A DNA stretch of 64,000 nt from Candidatus Woesearchaeota archaeon (GCA_016192915.1 JACPTF010000011.1:2118-66117); one strand, 5' to 3'. Positions 9,545 through 18,776 are shown, numbered from the stretch's first letter. Translations and numbers: made by a program. The notes: a model not told the origin generated them from the sequence alone.

Positions 9545-10793
9545 ATTAGCATTCAACACAGGCTCAAGCGTTGTTGTGGAAAAATGCCAGGTATGCGACA
9601 ACACCCCACTGGAGCCAATACTCTTCCTCGGATATTTGCCGCCAGTAAACACAATGCCCAAAATAGGAGCCAAGCCGAGAGAGCAGCCAAGCTACCCGGC
9701 ACAGATGCTATACTGCCCAAGATGCGGCCTGGCACAGCTAGGGCTGATTGTTGACCCGAAAATACTCTTTCCGCCGGAATACCCTTACACAAGCAGCACA
9801 ACAAAGATTCTACGGGATAACTTTGCGGAGCTTTACTCTGAGTGCAAGACAATCATACCGCTATCAAAGAATGACCTCGTAGTGGACATTGGCTCAAATG
9901 ACGGTAATTTGCTTAGCAACTTCAAGGACAACCACCGAGTCCTGGGAATAACCCCTGAGGAGATTGGAAAATTGGCGATTGAACGCGGAATACCAACAAT
10001 CATCAGCTACTTCAGCCACGAATTGGCAAAGAAAATCGCTGCCGAAAAAGGAAAGGCAAAAATCATAACTGCAACAAATGTCTTTGCCCACATAGAAAAC
10101 ATACACGGCATCCTTGACGGGATACTTGAATTGCTCGCAGATGACGGCGTTTTCATATCAGAATCACACTACCTGCTATCGCTGGTACAAACACTGCAGT
10201 ACGACACAATCTACCATGAGCACCTGAGATATTATTCTTTGCACAGCCTCAAGTATTTGCTTGAAATGCACGGGCTGGAAGTAATACACGCCAAGAAGAT
10301 ACCAACGCACGGCGGCTCAGTAAGGGTATATGCTGCACGAAAGGGAAAATACCCTGTAAAGCAAACCGGTGCGGAACTGCTCGCTGAGGAAAAGCCTGTA
10401 GTGCTTGACAAGAAAAACTTGCTGGAATTCAAGAAGAGGGTAACAGTTTCAAAGCTCGCACTGCACTCGCTGCTGCTTGGCATCAAAAAGAAAGGCAAAA
10501 GGGTTTACGGCATAGGGGCGCCATCAAGGGCGAGCACCCTGGTCAACTACGTTGGAATAGACGACGGCATAATGGACTGCGTTCTGGAAATAAAAGGCTC
10601 GCACAAGGCAGGAAAGTACATGCCCGGAACACTCATACCAGTGCTGGACGAGGCGAAGCTCTATGAAGACCAGCCAGAATACGCTATGCTGCTTTCATGG
10701 CACATAGCAGATGAGCTGATGCCAAAGATACGGCAGAAAGGCTTCAAAGGAAGCTTCATAGTGCCGCTGCCGGAGCCGAGGATTGTAAGATAG
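9534..10793 (+). CDS. NDP-hexose C-methyltransferase (TylCIII/EryBIII-like, Zn-binding N-terminus)
   Basis: CQVC...CPRC zinc motif, DIGSNDG SAM motif, NVFAH, YDTIYHEH, THGGS and GKYMPGTLIPV. Confidence 0.9.
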   Translation: MNARLAFNTGSSVVVEKCQVCDNTPLEPILFLGYLPPVNTMPKIGAKPREQPSYPAQMLYCPRCGLAQLGLIVDPKILFPPEYPYTSSTTKILRDNFAELYSECKTIIPLSKNDLVVDIGSNDGNLLSNFKDNHRVLGITPEEIGKLAIERGIPTIISYFSHELAKKIAAEKGKAKIITATNVFAHIENIHGILDGILELLADDGVFISESHYLLSLVQTLQYDTIYHEHLRYYSLHSLKYLLEMHGLEVIHAKKIPTHGGSVRVYAARKGKYPVKQTGAELLAEEKPVVLDKKNLLEFKKRVTVSKLALHSLLLGIKKKGKRVYGIGAPSRASTLVNYVGIDDGIMDCVLEIKGSHKAGKYMPGTLIPVLDEAKLYEDQPEYAMLLSWHIADELMPKIRQKGFKGSFIVPLPEPRIVR

Positions 10794-10841
10794 AAAAGCT
10801 TTTATATAACCGCTACATAGCCATTCTATAGGTGATTATAT

Positions 10842-11063
10842 ATGGCGGATGTTTCAACGATACAACTTGAAAAGGAAGTAATCGAACAGCTAAAGAAAAC
10901 CAAGGAGTATCCGAGGCAGACTTATAACGAGCTCATAGCAAGAATGACTAAAATGTTCGCGAGTAGGAGGAACCAGTATGACGAGTTTCTGCACAAGATA
11001 CAGCAGCCAAAGATGAAAGAGCTTTGGGACAACCCTGAAGACGAAGCGTGGGAACATGCGTAG
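10842..11063 (+). CDS. Putative antitoxin (RHH-like)
   Basis: Small protein with STIQL...LKKTKEYPRQTYNELI and an acidic tail LWDNPEDEAW, overlapping the downstream toxin. Confidence 0.7.
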   Translation: MADVSTIQLEKEVIEQLKKTKEYPRQTYNELIARMTKMFASRRNQYDEFLHKIQQPKMKELWDNPEDEAWEHA

Positions 11064-11367
11064 GCTGGGGGAAGTTGTACTAGCGGAAATGCAATTCACA
11101 GATACTTTTGAGATAAAGCAGCGCCCTGCCGTAGTTTTATTTGAGGAATACGGCAATATTGTTGTGGCTGGCATTACGAGCAACACCGATATGAAAGGAA
11201 TTCCGCTCTCAAAAAAGGAAGGCGCCATAAAAGAGAGCGTGATAAAGCTCAATTACATATTTACCGTATCTGAAAAAATGATTAAAAAATCGCTTTTTTC
11301 CCTTTCTGCCGAAAAGAAAAAAGTTGTAGTTACAGAAATTGTAAAAAAATTACAGGCAAGGTCATAA
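11056..11367 (+). CDS. mazF: PemK/MazF family toxin
   Basis: GEVVLAEMQFTD...KQRPAVV...VVAGITSN. Confidence 0.8.
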   Translation: MRRLGEVVLAEMQFTDTFEIKQRPAVVLFEEYGNIVVAGITSNTDMKGIPLSKKEGAIKESVIKLNYIFTVSEKMIKKSLFSLSAEKKKVVVTEIVKKLQARS

Positions 11368-11371
11368 TTAA

Positions 11372-12412
11372 TCATTCAAACAGCTTTTTATTCTCAGAAA
11401 CAAACTCCACGAGCTTCTTGACGCCTTCTGCGGGGGAGACCTTTGGCTCCCAGCCAAGAGCCTTCTTTGCCGAAGATATGTCCGCAACGAAGACCTTTTG
11501 GTCGCTGGGGCGCCAGTCAGAATAACTTATTTTGCTCCTCTTACCAGTAAACTTTTCCAATAAGTCCAGCAGCTGCAGCAAGGATAACGCATTCTTTTGG
11601 CCGCCGCCAGCGGTAAAAACGCCATGCTTGAGACTGCTTTTCAGGAACCTGTCATAAATGTCAAGAAGGTCTGAAACGTAAAGCACATCCCTGACCTGCT
11701 TGCCGTCACCATAGATAGTAAGGGGCTTTCCCAGAAGAGTAGCGATGGCAAACCACGCAATCCAGCCCTGGTCCTCAACCCCAAACTGCCTGGTTCCATA
11801 AATACAGCTCATCCTGAAAACGCCAGTCTTCAGGCCGTACACATGCGCGTAGTCCTGGACGTAAAGATCGCCCGCCAGCTTGGAAACGCCGTAAGGCGTG
11901 TGCTCACACATGTCAATGGAGAAGTCCGAAGGAACCCCGTTCCTGAAGGAAGGCTCAAACTCATAATGGTCCTGCTTTTCAACAATCCGGATTTTGTTAA
12001 CGTTACTGCCAAAGACCTTGTTAGTTGAGCAATGGATGAAAGATGTGCTTTTGCCAGATTTTCTGGCTGCTTCCAAAACGTTAAAAGTTCCCTGGATGTT
12101 GACCTCAAAATCAGGCCGTGGGTCAGTGATGGAAGTTGTAACGGCTGTCTGGGCGGCAGCGTGAAAGATAACATCAGCATCCTTCGCAGCTGCAGCGATT
12201 TCCTTCTCGTTCCTGACATCCCCTTTGATGAATTTGACATTTTTGAACTGCTCAAGGTATTTCTTGTTGTAGTCAGCGTGCTTGATGGGCTTTTTCAGCA
12301 ATTCTGAACGGGAAAGGTTGTCAAACACGGCAACATCATGACCTTCCTTAGCGTATCTTTCAGCTATGTGGCTGCCGATAAAGCCAGCTCCGCCAGTAAC
12401 AAGAATTTTCAT
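11372..12412 (-). CDS. CDP-paratose 2-epimerase-like SDR
   Basis: [73 protein letters not shown] and WRPSDQK. Confidence 0.85.
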   Translation of the reverse strand: MKILVTGGAGFIGSHIAERYAKEGHDVAVFDNLSRSELLKKPIKHADYNKKYLEQFKNVKFIKGDVRNEKEIAAAAKDADVIFHAAAQTAVTTSITDPRPDFEVNIQGTFNVLEAARKSGKSTSFIHCSTNKVFGSNVNKIRIVEKQDHYEFEPSFRNGVPSDFSIDMCEHTPYGVSKLAGDLYVQDYAHVYGLKTGVFRMSCIYGTRQFGVEDQGWIAWFAIATLLGKPLTIYGDGKQVRDVLYVSDLLDIYDRFLKSSLKHGVFTAGGGQKNALSLLQLLDLLEKFTGKRSKISYSDWRPSDQKVFVADISSAKKALGWEPKVSPAEGVKKLVEFVSENKKLFE

Positions 12413-12465
12413 TTCAGCGTCAGGCAAAGCAGCCAAAAAACGCACTATAAAAAGTTTATTGAACA

Positions 12466-12557
12466 TAGACAACTTTGATTATCTATTCTTACTTGTCAAA
12501 GTTGTCTAGGAGAACTTTGAACAAAAGTTAAATATAAGGGGTTATTCAAAGTTCTCC
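12466..12557. repeat. Two abutting perfect 13-bp inverted-repeat pairs in a divergent intergenic region
   Basis: TAGACAACTTTGA (12466-78)/TCAAAGTTGTCTA (12496-508) and GGAGAACTTTGAA (12509-21)/TTCAAAGTTCTCC (12545-57), sharing the core AACTTTGA. Confidence 0.85.
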
Positions 12558-12595
12558 ATAACATATTTAAATCGGCAGAAAGCTACAAAAACAGA

Positions 12596-13486
12596 ATGAA
12601 CGTCGTAGTCAGCATACCGGCTTACAATGAAGAGGCAACCATAGCTGCCGTAATAAGGAACATAAAGGGAGTTCTGGGAAAGCACCGTAGCTATGTGTAC
12701 AGGGTGTTGGTTGTGGATGACGGCTCAACAGACAGGACTGCGGAAGTGGCCAAAAATGAAGGGGCAGTAGTTTACTCTCACCCAAAGAATTATGGGCTTG
12801 CCGAGGCATTCAGGACAGAAATACAGCAGTTCCTGAAGCTAAAGCCTGAAGCTGACGTGATGGTGCACATTGACGCAGACGGGCAGTACAAGGCAGAGGA
12901 AATACCGCTACTGCTGCAAAAAATAGAGCACGGCAACGACTTCGTTCTCGGCTCAAGGTTCAAAGGGCACATTGAAAGCATGCCCCTAATCAAAAAAATG
13001 GGGAACAAGGCATTCTCAAAGGTTATTTCACAGATAACAAGGACAAAGGTGTCAGACGCGCAGTCAGGGTTCAGGGCGTTCACCCGCGAGGTTGCCGAGG
13101 CAATACCAATAATATCAGGCCACACATACACGCAGGAGCAGGTAATAAGGGTAGTAAGGAACAAGTTTAGGATGGTGGAGGTTCCGGTTTACTTTGCTGA
13201 AAGGAAAGGCAAAAGCCGCCTCATAAGAAACCCATTTGAGTACGCAATAAAGGCGTGGATAAACATACTGCGAATATACAGGGACTACGAACCGATAAGG
13301 TTCTTTGGCATGACCGGCGGGGTAATCTTCGCAGCCGGATTTGCCCTTGGGCTCAGGCTGCTGTACTTTTACTTCACAACAGGCATCGTAGGCCACATCC
13401 CAAGCCTTATACTGAGCATGCTCCTAATGAGCGTAGGAGTGCAGGTGATAACGTTCGGGTTTTTGGCGGACATGATGAAAAAATAG
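12596..13486 (+). CDS. GT2 polyprenol-phosphate glycosyltransferase with two C-terminal TM helices
   Basis: IPAYNEE, VVDDGSTDRT, DADGQY, GSRF and DAQSGFRAF. Confidence 0.9.
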   Translation: MNVVVSIPAYNEEATIAAVIRNIKGVLGKHRSYVYRVLVVDDGSTDRTAEVAKNEGAVVYSHPKNYGLAEAFRTEIQQFLKLKPEADVMVHIDADGQYKAEEIPLLLQKIEHGNDFVLGSRFKGHIESMPLIKKMGNKAFSKVISQITRTKVSDAQSGFRAFTREVAEAIPIISGHTYTQEQVIRVVRNKFRMVEVPVYFAERKGKSRLIRNPFEYAIKAWINILRIYRDYEPIRFFGMTGGVIFAAGFALGLRLLYFYFTTGIVGHIPSLILSMLLMSVGVQVITFGFLADMMKK

Positions 13487-13490
13487 GAAA

Positions 13491-14264
13491 ATGAAAGTTG
13501 TAATATTATGCGGAGGAAAAGGCACCAGGTTCAGGGAATACCCTGAAGAAATTCCAAAGCCCCTTGCCGTAATTGGTGGGAAGCCGATACTGTGGCACCT
13601 AATGAAAACGTATTCCCACTACGGCTACAAGGACTTCATACTCTGCCTGGGCTACAAGGGAGACATGATAAAAAAATACTTCATCGAAGAGGAATGGAGG
13701 GCTTCTGATTTTACCATGAACCTCAAGAACAGGCAAAAGCAAACCCTGGCTGCAGGGGAGGAAGAGGACTGGAACATCACATTTGCCGACACAGGACTGG
13801 AAACAAACACAGGCGGCAGGATAAAAAGGATAGAAAAATACATACCTCAAGGCGAGGACTTCTTTGCAACATACGGGGACGGACTTGCGAACATTGACAT
13901 ACGGCAACTGCTTGAATTCCACAAGAAAAAAGGCGGGATTGCAACAATCACCTGCCTCAGGCCATACTCGCAATTCGGCATAGTTGAAATAGACGACAAC
14001 AGCAGCGCAGTAACATCGTTCAAAGAAAAACCAAGGCTTGACTACTGGATAAACGGAGGATTCTTTGTTTTTAAAAAGGAAATTTTCAATTACCTTGGCG
14101 ACAATGACGTCCTTGAGCAGAAGCCATTTGAAACACTTGCCGCAAAAAAAGAGATAGCAGCATACAAGTTCGAGGGCTTCTGGCAGTGCATGGACACGTT
14201 CAAGGACTACCAATCATTCAACGAGCTGTGGGAGAAAGGCGCGCCGTGGAAGGTGTGGAGATGA
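13491..14264 (+). CDS. rfbF: Glucose-1-phosphate cytidylyltransferase
   Basis: ILCGGKGTR, PKPL, ILWHLMK, CLGYKG, TGGRIKR, TYGDG, INGGFFV and FWQCMDT. Confidence 0.9.
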   Translation: MKVVILCGGKGTRFREYPEEIPKPLAVIGGKPILWHLMKTYSHYGYKDFILCLGYKGDMIKKYFIEEEWRASDFTMNLKNRQKQTLAAGEEEDWNITFADTGLETNTGGRIKRIEKYIPQGEDFFATYGDGLANIDIRQLLEFHKKKGGIATITCLRPYSQFGIVEIDDNSSAVTSFKEKPRLDYWINGGFFVFKKEIFNYLGDNDVLEQKPFETLAAKKEIAAYKFEGFWQCMDTFKDYQSFNELWEKGAPWKVWR

Positions 14265-14794
14265 CCACGCTGGAAGAATCAGAAGTTGCAATACCAGTAA
14301 TCTCGGCAATAGTTGAGCGTACTGCAGGGGCAGCTAAAAAAGAAATCTTACTCCAAACCCGAATCGCTAAATATGATCGACTGTATAATGGCTCAATAGA
14401 AATTCCAGCAGGGCGAATTGGAGCTTTTGAGAACGTATACGAAACCATAAAAAGAGAGGTAAAGGAAGAAACAGGGCTAGATGTAATAGAAATAATACCG
14501 AATGACAAATCGAAGATCTTCACTTCAGGACGTAGTGATGCGGGTTTTGCATTTCAGCCATACTGCTGCCAACAGCTGTTAAAAGGCAATATCCCTTGGA
14601 TAGGGTTTGTGTTCATAGTGAGAGTAGCGGAAGGCAAATTGAAACCTGCAGAAGATGAAACCAAGGATTTAAGATGGGCAACCGTTGAAGAGGTAAGGAA
14701 ACTCGTAGACGACACGCCCGAAAAGATATTTACTTTACAGTTACCAGTCCTAGATTTTTATCTTAAACAGCAAGAAAGTAAAATTGGAAAATAA
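14261..14794 (+). CDS. NUDIX hydrolase
   Basis: Nudix box AGRIGAFENVYETIKREVKEETGL. The ATG overlaps the rfbF stop. Confidence 0.85.
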   Translation: MTTLEESEVAIPVISAIVERTAGAAKKEILLQTRIAKYDRLYNGSIEIPAGRIGAFENVYETIKREVKEETGLDVIEIIPNDKSKIFTSGRSDAGFAFQPYCCQQLLKGNIPWIGFVFIVRVAEGKLKPAEDETKDLRWATVEEVRKLVDDTPEKIFTLQLPVLDFYLKQQESKIGK

Positions 14795-14855
14795 AATGAC
14801 ATTCAGCAGGAACAAGCAGTAAATTCCAAGAATCAATAAAAACTTAACCCCTGCT

Positions 14856-15596
14856 TCATGTGGAACTTTGCGGCGCGACACGCACCCCACGAGCAGACCC
14901 GCCGCTGCCGACGATGCCGACGTCGGCATAGATGACGAAGACGTCGTTGAGGCTGCTGACGCCAAGCACCAACGCCCGCTCAGTACCAATTTCAGGAGCC
15001 TTGTCTATTCTCCATAAATAGCTTTTCTTTCCAGTTATCCATTTGTAAACATCGCTCACTCTTTTTACATCCGGACTTCCAAGAAGCGCCTGCATTTCTC
15101 CACTCATTCCATCATCGATACGGCCATTTGGCCCTGCCAGACGAGCTTCCAGCGTTCTTTCCTCAGGCGTCCCGGCATCGTGCGTCACTATGCCAGATGC
15201 GCCAGCCCGGTAAGTTACTCCAGTGGCTGTCATCATCCACCTGTTTCTGAAATCACCAGCAAAAAGACTTCTTAACTTTTTAACACTCGCGAGAGTCACC
15301 CTTAACTTTTCAGCGTCCCCGCGGCCTTCAGCAAGGGCTGCGAGAATTGCTATATTGTTGTCATAAACAGCTGAATGGAGCGCAAACTGCAATGGCGCAC
15401 TGCCAGGCCCCCACCCGGTCTCATTCCTGTAAGCCTGCCATCCTGCCTGGGTTCTGAACCGGCCATTATCCAACAGCTTTTCTGTGACTTGCACAGCACC
15501 ATAGGAACCGCTTGGAAGCATGATACCATGAACAATGTAGAAACTCTGAGACCTTACTATTTCGAAAGGCGTAACGGCTAAAGTCTGTTGTGACAC
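14856..15596 (-). CDS. Hypothetical protein with DGR-type C-terminal variable region (putative C-type-lectin-fold DGR target)
   Basis: The C-terminus ERALVLGVSSLNDVFVIYADVGIVGSGGSARGVRVAPQSST is encoded by 21 consecutive NNY codons (20 of them NNC) at 14901-14963, followed by a GC-rich segment. Confidence 0.7.
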   Translation of the reverse strand: MSQQTLAVTPFEIVRSQSFYIVHGIMLPSGSYGAVQVTEKLLDNGRFRTQAGWQAYRNETGWGPGSAPLQFALHSAVYDNNIAILAALAEGRGDAEKLRVTLASVKKLRSLFAGDFRNRWMMTATGVTYRAGASGIVTHDAGTPEERTLEARLAGPNGRIDDGMSGEMQALLGSPDVKRVSDVYKWITGKKSYLWRIDKAPEIGTERALVLGVSSLNDVFVIYADVGIVGSGGSARGVRVAPQSST

Positions 15597-15660
15597 GTGA
15601 ATAAGGAAATGAAGAATTGCTTATAAATAATACGGTTTTGACAACGTCAAAAACAAAAAC

Positions 15661-15692
15661 CTTTATAAAGTTCGTAAGTACTTAAGTACTTA
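15661..15692 (+). promoter_or_regulatory. TATA box and 18-bp perfect palindrome (probable antitoxin operator)
   Basis: CTTTATAAAG at 15661-70, then TAAGTACTTAAGTACTTA at 15675-92 running into the ATG. Confidence 0.65.
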
Positions 15693-15964
15693 TGGGAGAA
15701 GTAAAGGTAAAGCTGAGCGATGAAGCGGAGGCGGCTTTCAGGAAAGCAGCAATGGAAAAGTTCGGCTACTCAAAGGGCTCGCTTAGTTCGGCTGCCGAAG
15801 AAGCTGTATGGGGCTGGGTGGCGGCACGGTCAAAAGCAGCCGATGTGACAGAGTCCCTAAGCGAGCTGAGAGGCGTATTAAAGCACGTTAAGAAATCGTC
15901 CGTAGAGCTGCAGCATGAAATAGGAGAGGTTAGGAGAGCAAGATACCATGCTCATAGACGCTAA
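15692..15964 (+). CDS. RHH-type antitoxin (VapB-like)
   Basis: VKVKLSDEAEAAFRKAA...KGSLSSAAEEA...SSVELQHE, overlapping the PIN toxin. Confidence 0.75.
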   Translation: MGEVKVKLSDEAEAAFRKAAMEKFGYSKGSLSSAAEEAVWGWVAARSKAADVTESLSELRGVLKHVKKSSVELQHEIGEVRRARYHAHRR

Positions 15965-16352
15965 CATATTTCTGGAATTCCTGCTTGACCAGCAAGAAGC
16001 GCAGAGATGCTTGGATTTTCTGGAAAAAGTCAGAGAAGGAGCAGTACGTGCAGTTGTTTCCACGTTCACGATTGACAGCATCCTGATAGAGCTCGAAAGG
16101 CACCAACACGATGCTGAAATCATGAAAAGATTTCTTCAAAGCCTTCTAGGACATAAGGGGTTGAGAATTTATGTGCCAACAATGGATGATAGGCTCAAGG
16201 CCATCGCCCATCTGGCGCTTGGACTTGACTTTGAAGACGCCCTTACTCTTCAGAGCGCAATAGCCAACAATGAAAAAGAAATAATGAGCTTTGACAAGGA
16301 TTTTGACAAGATAAAAAGCATTAAAAGGACACAGCCGCCACTGCCGAATTAA
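15948..16352 (+). CDS. vapC: PIN-domain toxin
   Basis: LIDANIFLE, LDFEDAL and SFDKDFD. Confidence 0.9.
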   Translation: MLIDANIFLEFLLDQQEAQRCLDFLEKVREGAVRAVVSTFTIDSILIELERHQHDAEIMKRFLQSLLGHKGLRIYVPTMDDRLKAIAHLALGLDFEDALTLQSAIANNEKEIMSFDKDFDKIKSIKRTQPPLPN

Positions 16353-16362
16353 GGAGGTAAAA

Positions 16363-17343
16363 ATGCTCGACTGGAAAGACAAAAACGTGTTCGTGACAGG
16401 CGGGAACGGCTTTGTGGGAAGCTGGCTCGTCAACGAGCTGGTGAAAAAAGAAGCGAACGTCACGTGCATAGTACGAGACCCGGTCAAGGGCTCAAACCTT
16501 GAGTTCCTGGGCATAGCTGACCAGGTGAACACGGTCAAGGGAAGCATAGAGGACTACAACGCCGTTGAGAAGGCAATGAAGGAGACAGGCGCGGAGGTTT
16601 GCTTTCACTTGGCAGCCCAGGCGATAGTTGGAACAGCCAATAAAACTCCCCTGCCAACTTTCGAGACAAACATAAAAGGCACGTGGAACGTGCTCGAGGC
16701 ATGCAGGCAGCTCGGCGTGAAAAGGACCATGGTTGCGTCAAGTGACAAGGCATACGGCGAGCACGAAAAGCTGCCGTACAAGGAGGACTTCTGCCTCAAC
16801 GGCTTAACGCCATACGAGGCGTCAAAGAGCTGCGCAGACCTGCTTGCAAGGGCATACGCAAAAACTTACGGGCTACCGGTTGCAGTCACAAGGTGCGGAA
16901 ACATCTATGGAGGGGGGGATTTGAACTGGAGCAGGATAATCCCCGGCACAATAAAGGCAGTGCTGAACAATGAAAGCCCGATAATCCGCAGCGACGGCAC
17001 TCCAATACGGGATTACATTTACGTGCTGGACGTTGTAGCTGCCTATCTTGCAGCTGCTGAGCAGCTTGACAAGGAAGAAGTGGCTGGCGAGGCATTCAAC
17101 TTCGGGACTGAAACCCCTGTCAGCGTGCTTGAGCTTGCAAAAAAGATAATCACTGTTGCCGGAAAGAAGGTTGAGCTGCAGATACTCAACGAGGCAAAAA
17201 ACGAGCTCCAGAAGCAGTACCTTGACTGGACGAAAGCCAGAACAGTGCTGGGATGGCAGCCGCAATTCGGGCTGGATGACGGCCTGAAGGAAACAATAAA
17301 GTGGTACGAAGAATTTTTCTCAAGACAGGGAGGCAGGGAATGA
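16363..17343 (+). CDS. rfbG: CDP-glucose 4,6-dehydratase-like SDR
   Basis: WKDKNVFVTGGNGFVGSWL, FHLAAQAIV, SSDKAY, PYEASKSCADL, RCGNIYGGGDLNWSRIIP. rfbF lies nearby. Confidence 0.7.
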   Translation: MLDWKDKNVFVTGGNGFVGSWLVNELVKKEANVTCIVRDPVKGSNLEFLGIADQVNTVKGSIEDYNAVEKAMKETGAEVCFHLAAQAIVGTANKTPLPTFETNIKGTWNVLEACRQLGVKRTMVASSDKAYGEHEKLPYKEDFCLNGLTPYEASKSCADLLARAYAKTYGLPVAVTRCGNIYGGGDLNWSRIIPGTIKAVLNNESPIIRSDGTPIRDYIYVLDVVAAYLAAAEQLDKEEVAGEAFNFGTETPVSVLELAKKIITVAGKKVELQILNEAKNELQKQYLDWTKARTVLGWQPQFGLDDGLKETIKWYEEFFSRQGGRE

Positions 17344-17636
17344 ACTGGGAAATTTTCGGGCTGGCAGCGGGGGCAATAACTGTTTCCGGCTTTGTGCCTC
17401 AGATACTAAAGGGCTACAAGACAAAGCACCTGAAGGACCTGTCGTACATGATGAATGCGCTGCTTTGCCTTGGCATGGGCATGTGGCTCATATACGGCAT
17501 CAACAAGCGGGATGTTGCAATAATAACTGCAAACATTGCAGGCGTTACTTTCAACATTATACTTATGGCTATGAAATACTATTACAGCAAAGCCTTCTCT
17601 ACAGCAGAAAAGTACGGGGAAAACCGCTACTCCTAA
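17340..17636 (+). CDS. SemiSWEET/PQ-loop family transporter
   Basis: GFVPQILKGYKTK..KDLS, WLIYG and IITAN, with three TM helices. The ATG overlaps the previous stop. Confidence 0.85.
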   Translation: MNWEIFGLAAGAITVSGFVPQILKGYKTKHLKDLSYMMNALLCLGMGMWLIYGINKRDVAIITANIAGVTFNIILMAMKYYYSKAFSTAEKYGENRYS

Positions 17637-17672
17637 ACCTTTAAATACCGTTACGGCAGACCCCTCTGTGGC

Positions 17673-18776
17673 ATGAAAATACTGCTGCTCATGAAGAGGT
17701 TCTCCACCAATCGCGATATGATAATGGAGAATTTTGGCAGGGAGGTAAGGCTTTTTTCTGAAATAAACCGGCTTGGACACAATGTCACAATCCTGTGCGC
17801 TGACCAGGTAAAAAGGGAAAGGAAAACGGTCAAGCTGAACGGCATGCCAGTGGAAATTCACCCGTTCGGCATCTCCAGCATTTTCAGATTCACAGCAACA
17901 GCAAGAAAAATGGCTGATGATAACGATGTAGTGGTTGGGGCAACCCATCCCTTGCTTGGCTACATTGCCCACCTAGCAACAGCAGGCAAGAAAAGAATGG
18001 TTTACGACATAAGGGACAACTACGAAACCTACAATTTTACCAATTTGCCGCTGCTGAAAAAAGGGCTAATACCCAATTTGATAAACAACCACGTCATAAA
18101 AAGGTGCGACCTTGCAATATGCGTAAGCGAATCCCTGCTGCAAAAGATTGCAGCTAAAAGAAGGAACAAGCCCACAGTTGTAGTGCAAAACGGGGTTAAT
18201 GCAAAGTTATTCAGGCCGCTAGACAAGGCCATATGCCGAAGAAAGCTTAGCCTGCCGCCAAAGGCAAAAATAATAGTTTACACAGGCAATATTTCAAGGG
18301 AAAGGGGGGCAGACAATCTAATAGAAGCTTTCAAAACCGTGAAGGCAAAATACCCTGACGCCATCCTGCTACTTAGCGGCCAAGTCAACAAGGACCTGAA
18401 CATAAACCAGGAAGGCGTAGTTTACAAGGAATTGCCCAACAGAAAAGACGTTGTTGCAGCAGTGAACAGCTCAGATGCAGCGGTAATACCGCAGCCTGAA
18501 AACAAAACAACAAAATATGCTTTCCCGTACAAGCTAATGGAGTACGTGGCCTGCAACGTGCCTGTCGTAGCAACATCAGTTGGCGATATGAAAGACGTCC
18601 TAAAAAGCCATCCTGAAAGCCTATGCCAGCCTGGCAACGCACAAGACCTTGCCCAGAAGATAATCAGCATCATAGAAGCAAAGAAAAAGCCCAATTACAG
18701 GGATGTTGCTGGGCAGTACAAGTGGGAAAAACTGGCGAGAAAGCTTAACTCCGAGCTGGTAAAGCTGAGGCACTAG
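17673..18776 (+). CDS. GT4 glycosyltransferase
   Basis: ICVSE, NGVN, YTGNI..ERG and FPYKLMEYVACNVPVVAT. Confidence 0.85.
   Translation: MKILLLMKRFSTNRDMIMENFGREVRLFSEINRLGHNVTILCADQVKRERKTVKLNGMPVEIHPFGISSIFRFTATARKMADDNDVVVGATHPLLGYIAHLATAGKKRMVYDIRDNYETYNFTNLPLLKKGLIPNLINNHVIKRCDLAICVSESLLQKIAAKRRNKPTVVVQNGVNAKLFRPLDKAICRRKLSLPPKAKIIVYTGNISRERGADNLIEAFKTVKAKYPDAILLLSGQVNKDLNINQEGVVYKELPNRKDVVAAVNSSDAAVIPQPENKTTKYAFPYKLMEYVACNVPVVATSVGDMKDVLKSHPESLCQPGNAQDLAQKIISIIEAKKKPNYRDVAGQYKWEKLARKLNSELVKLRH

Noticed and set aside
14914-14929. 16-bp perfect palindrome ATGCCGACGTCGGCAT
   Set aside because: It lies inside the NNC-codon run and is plausibly a by-product of its composition.
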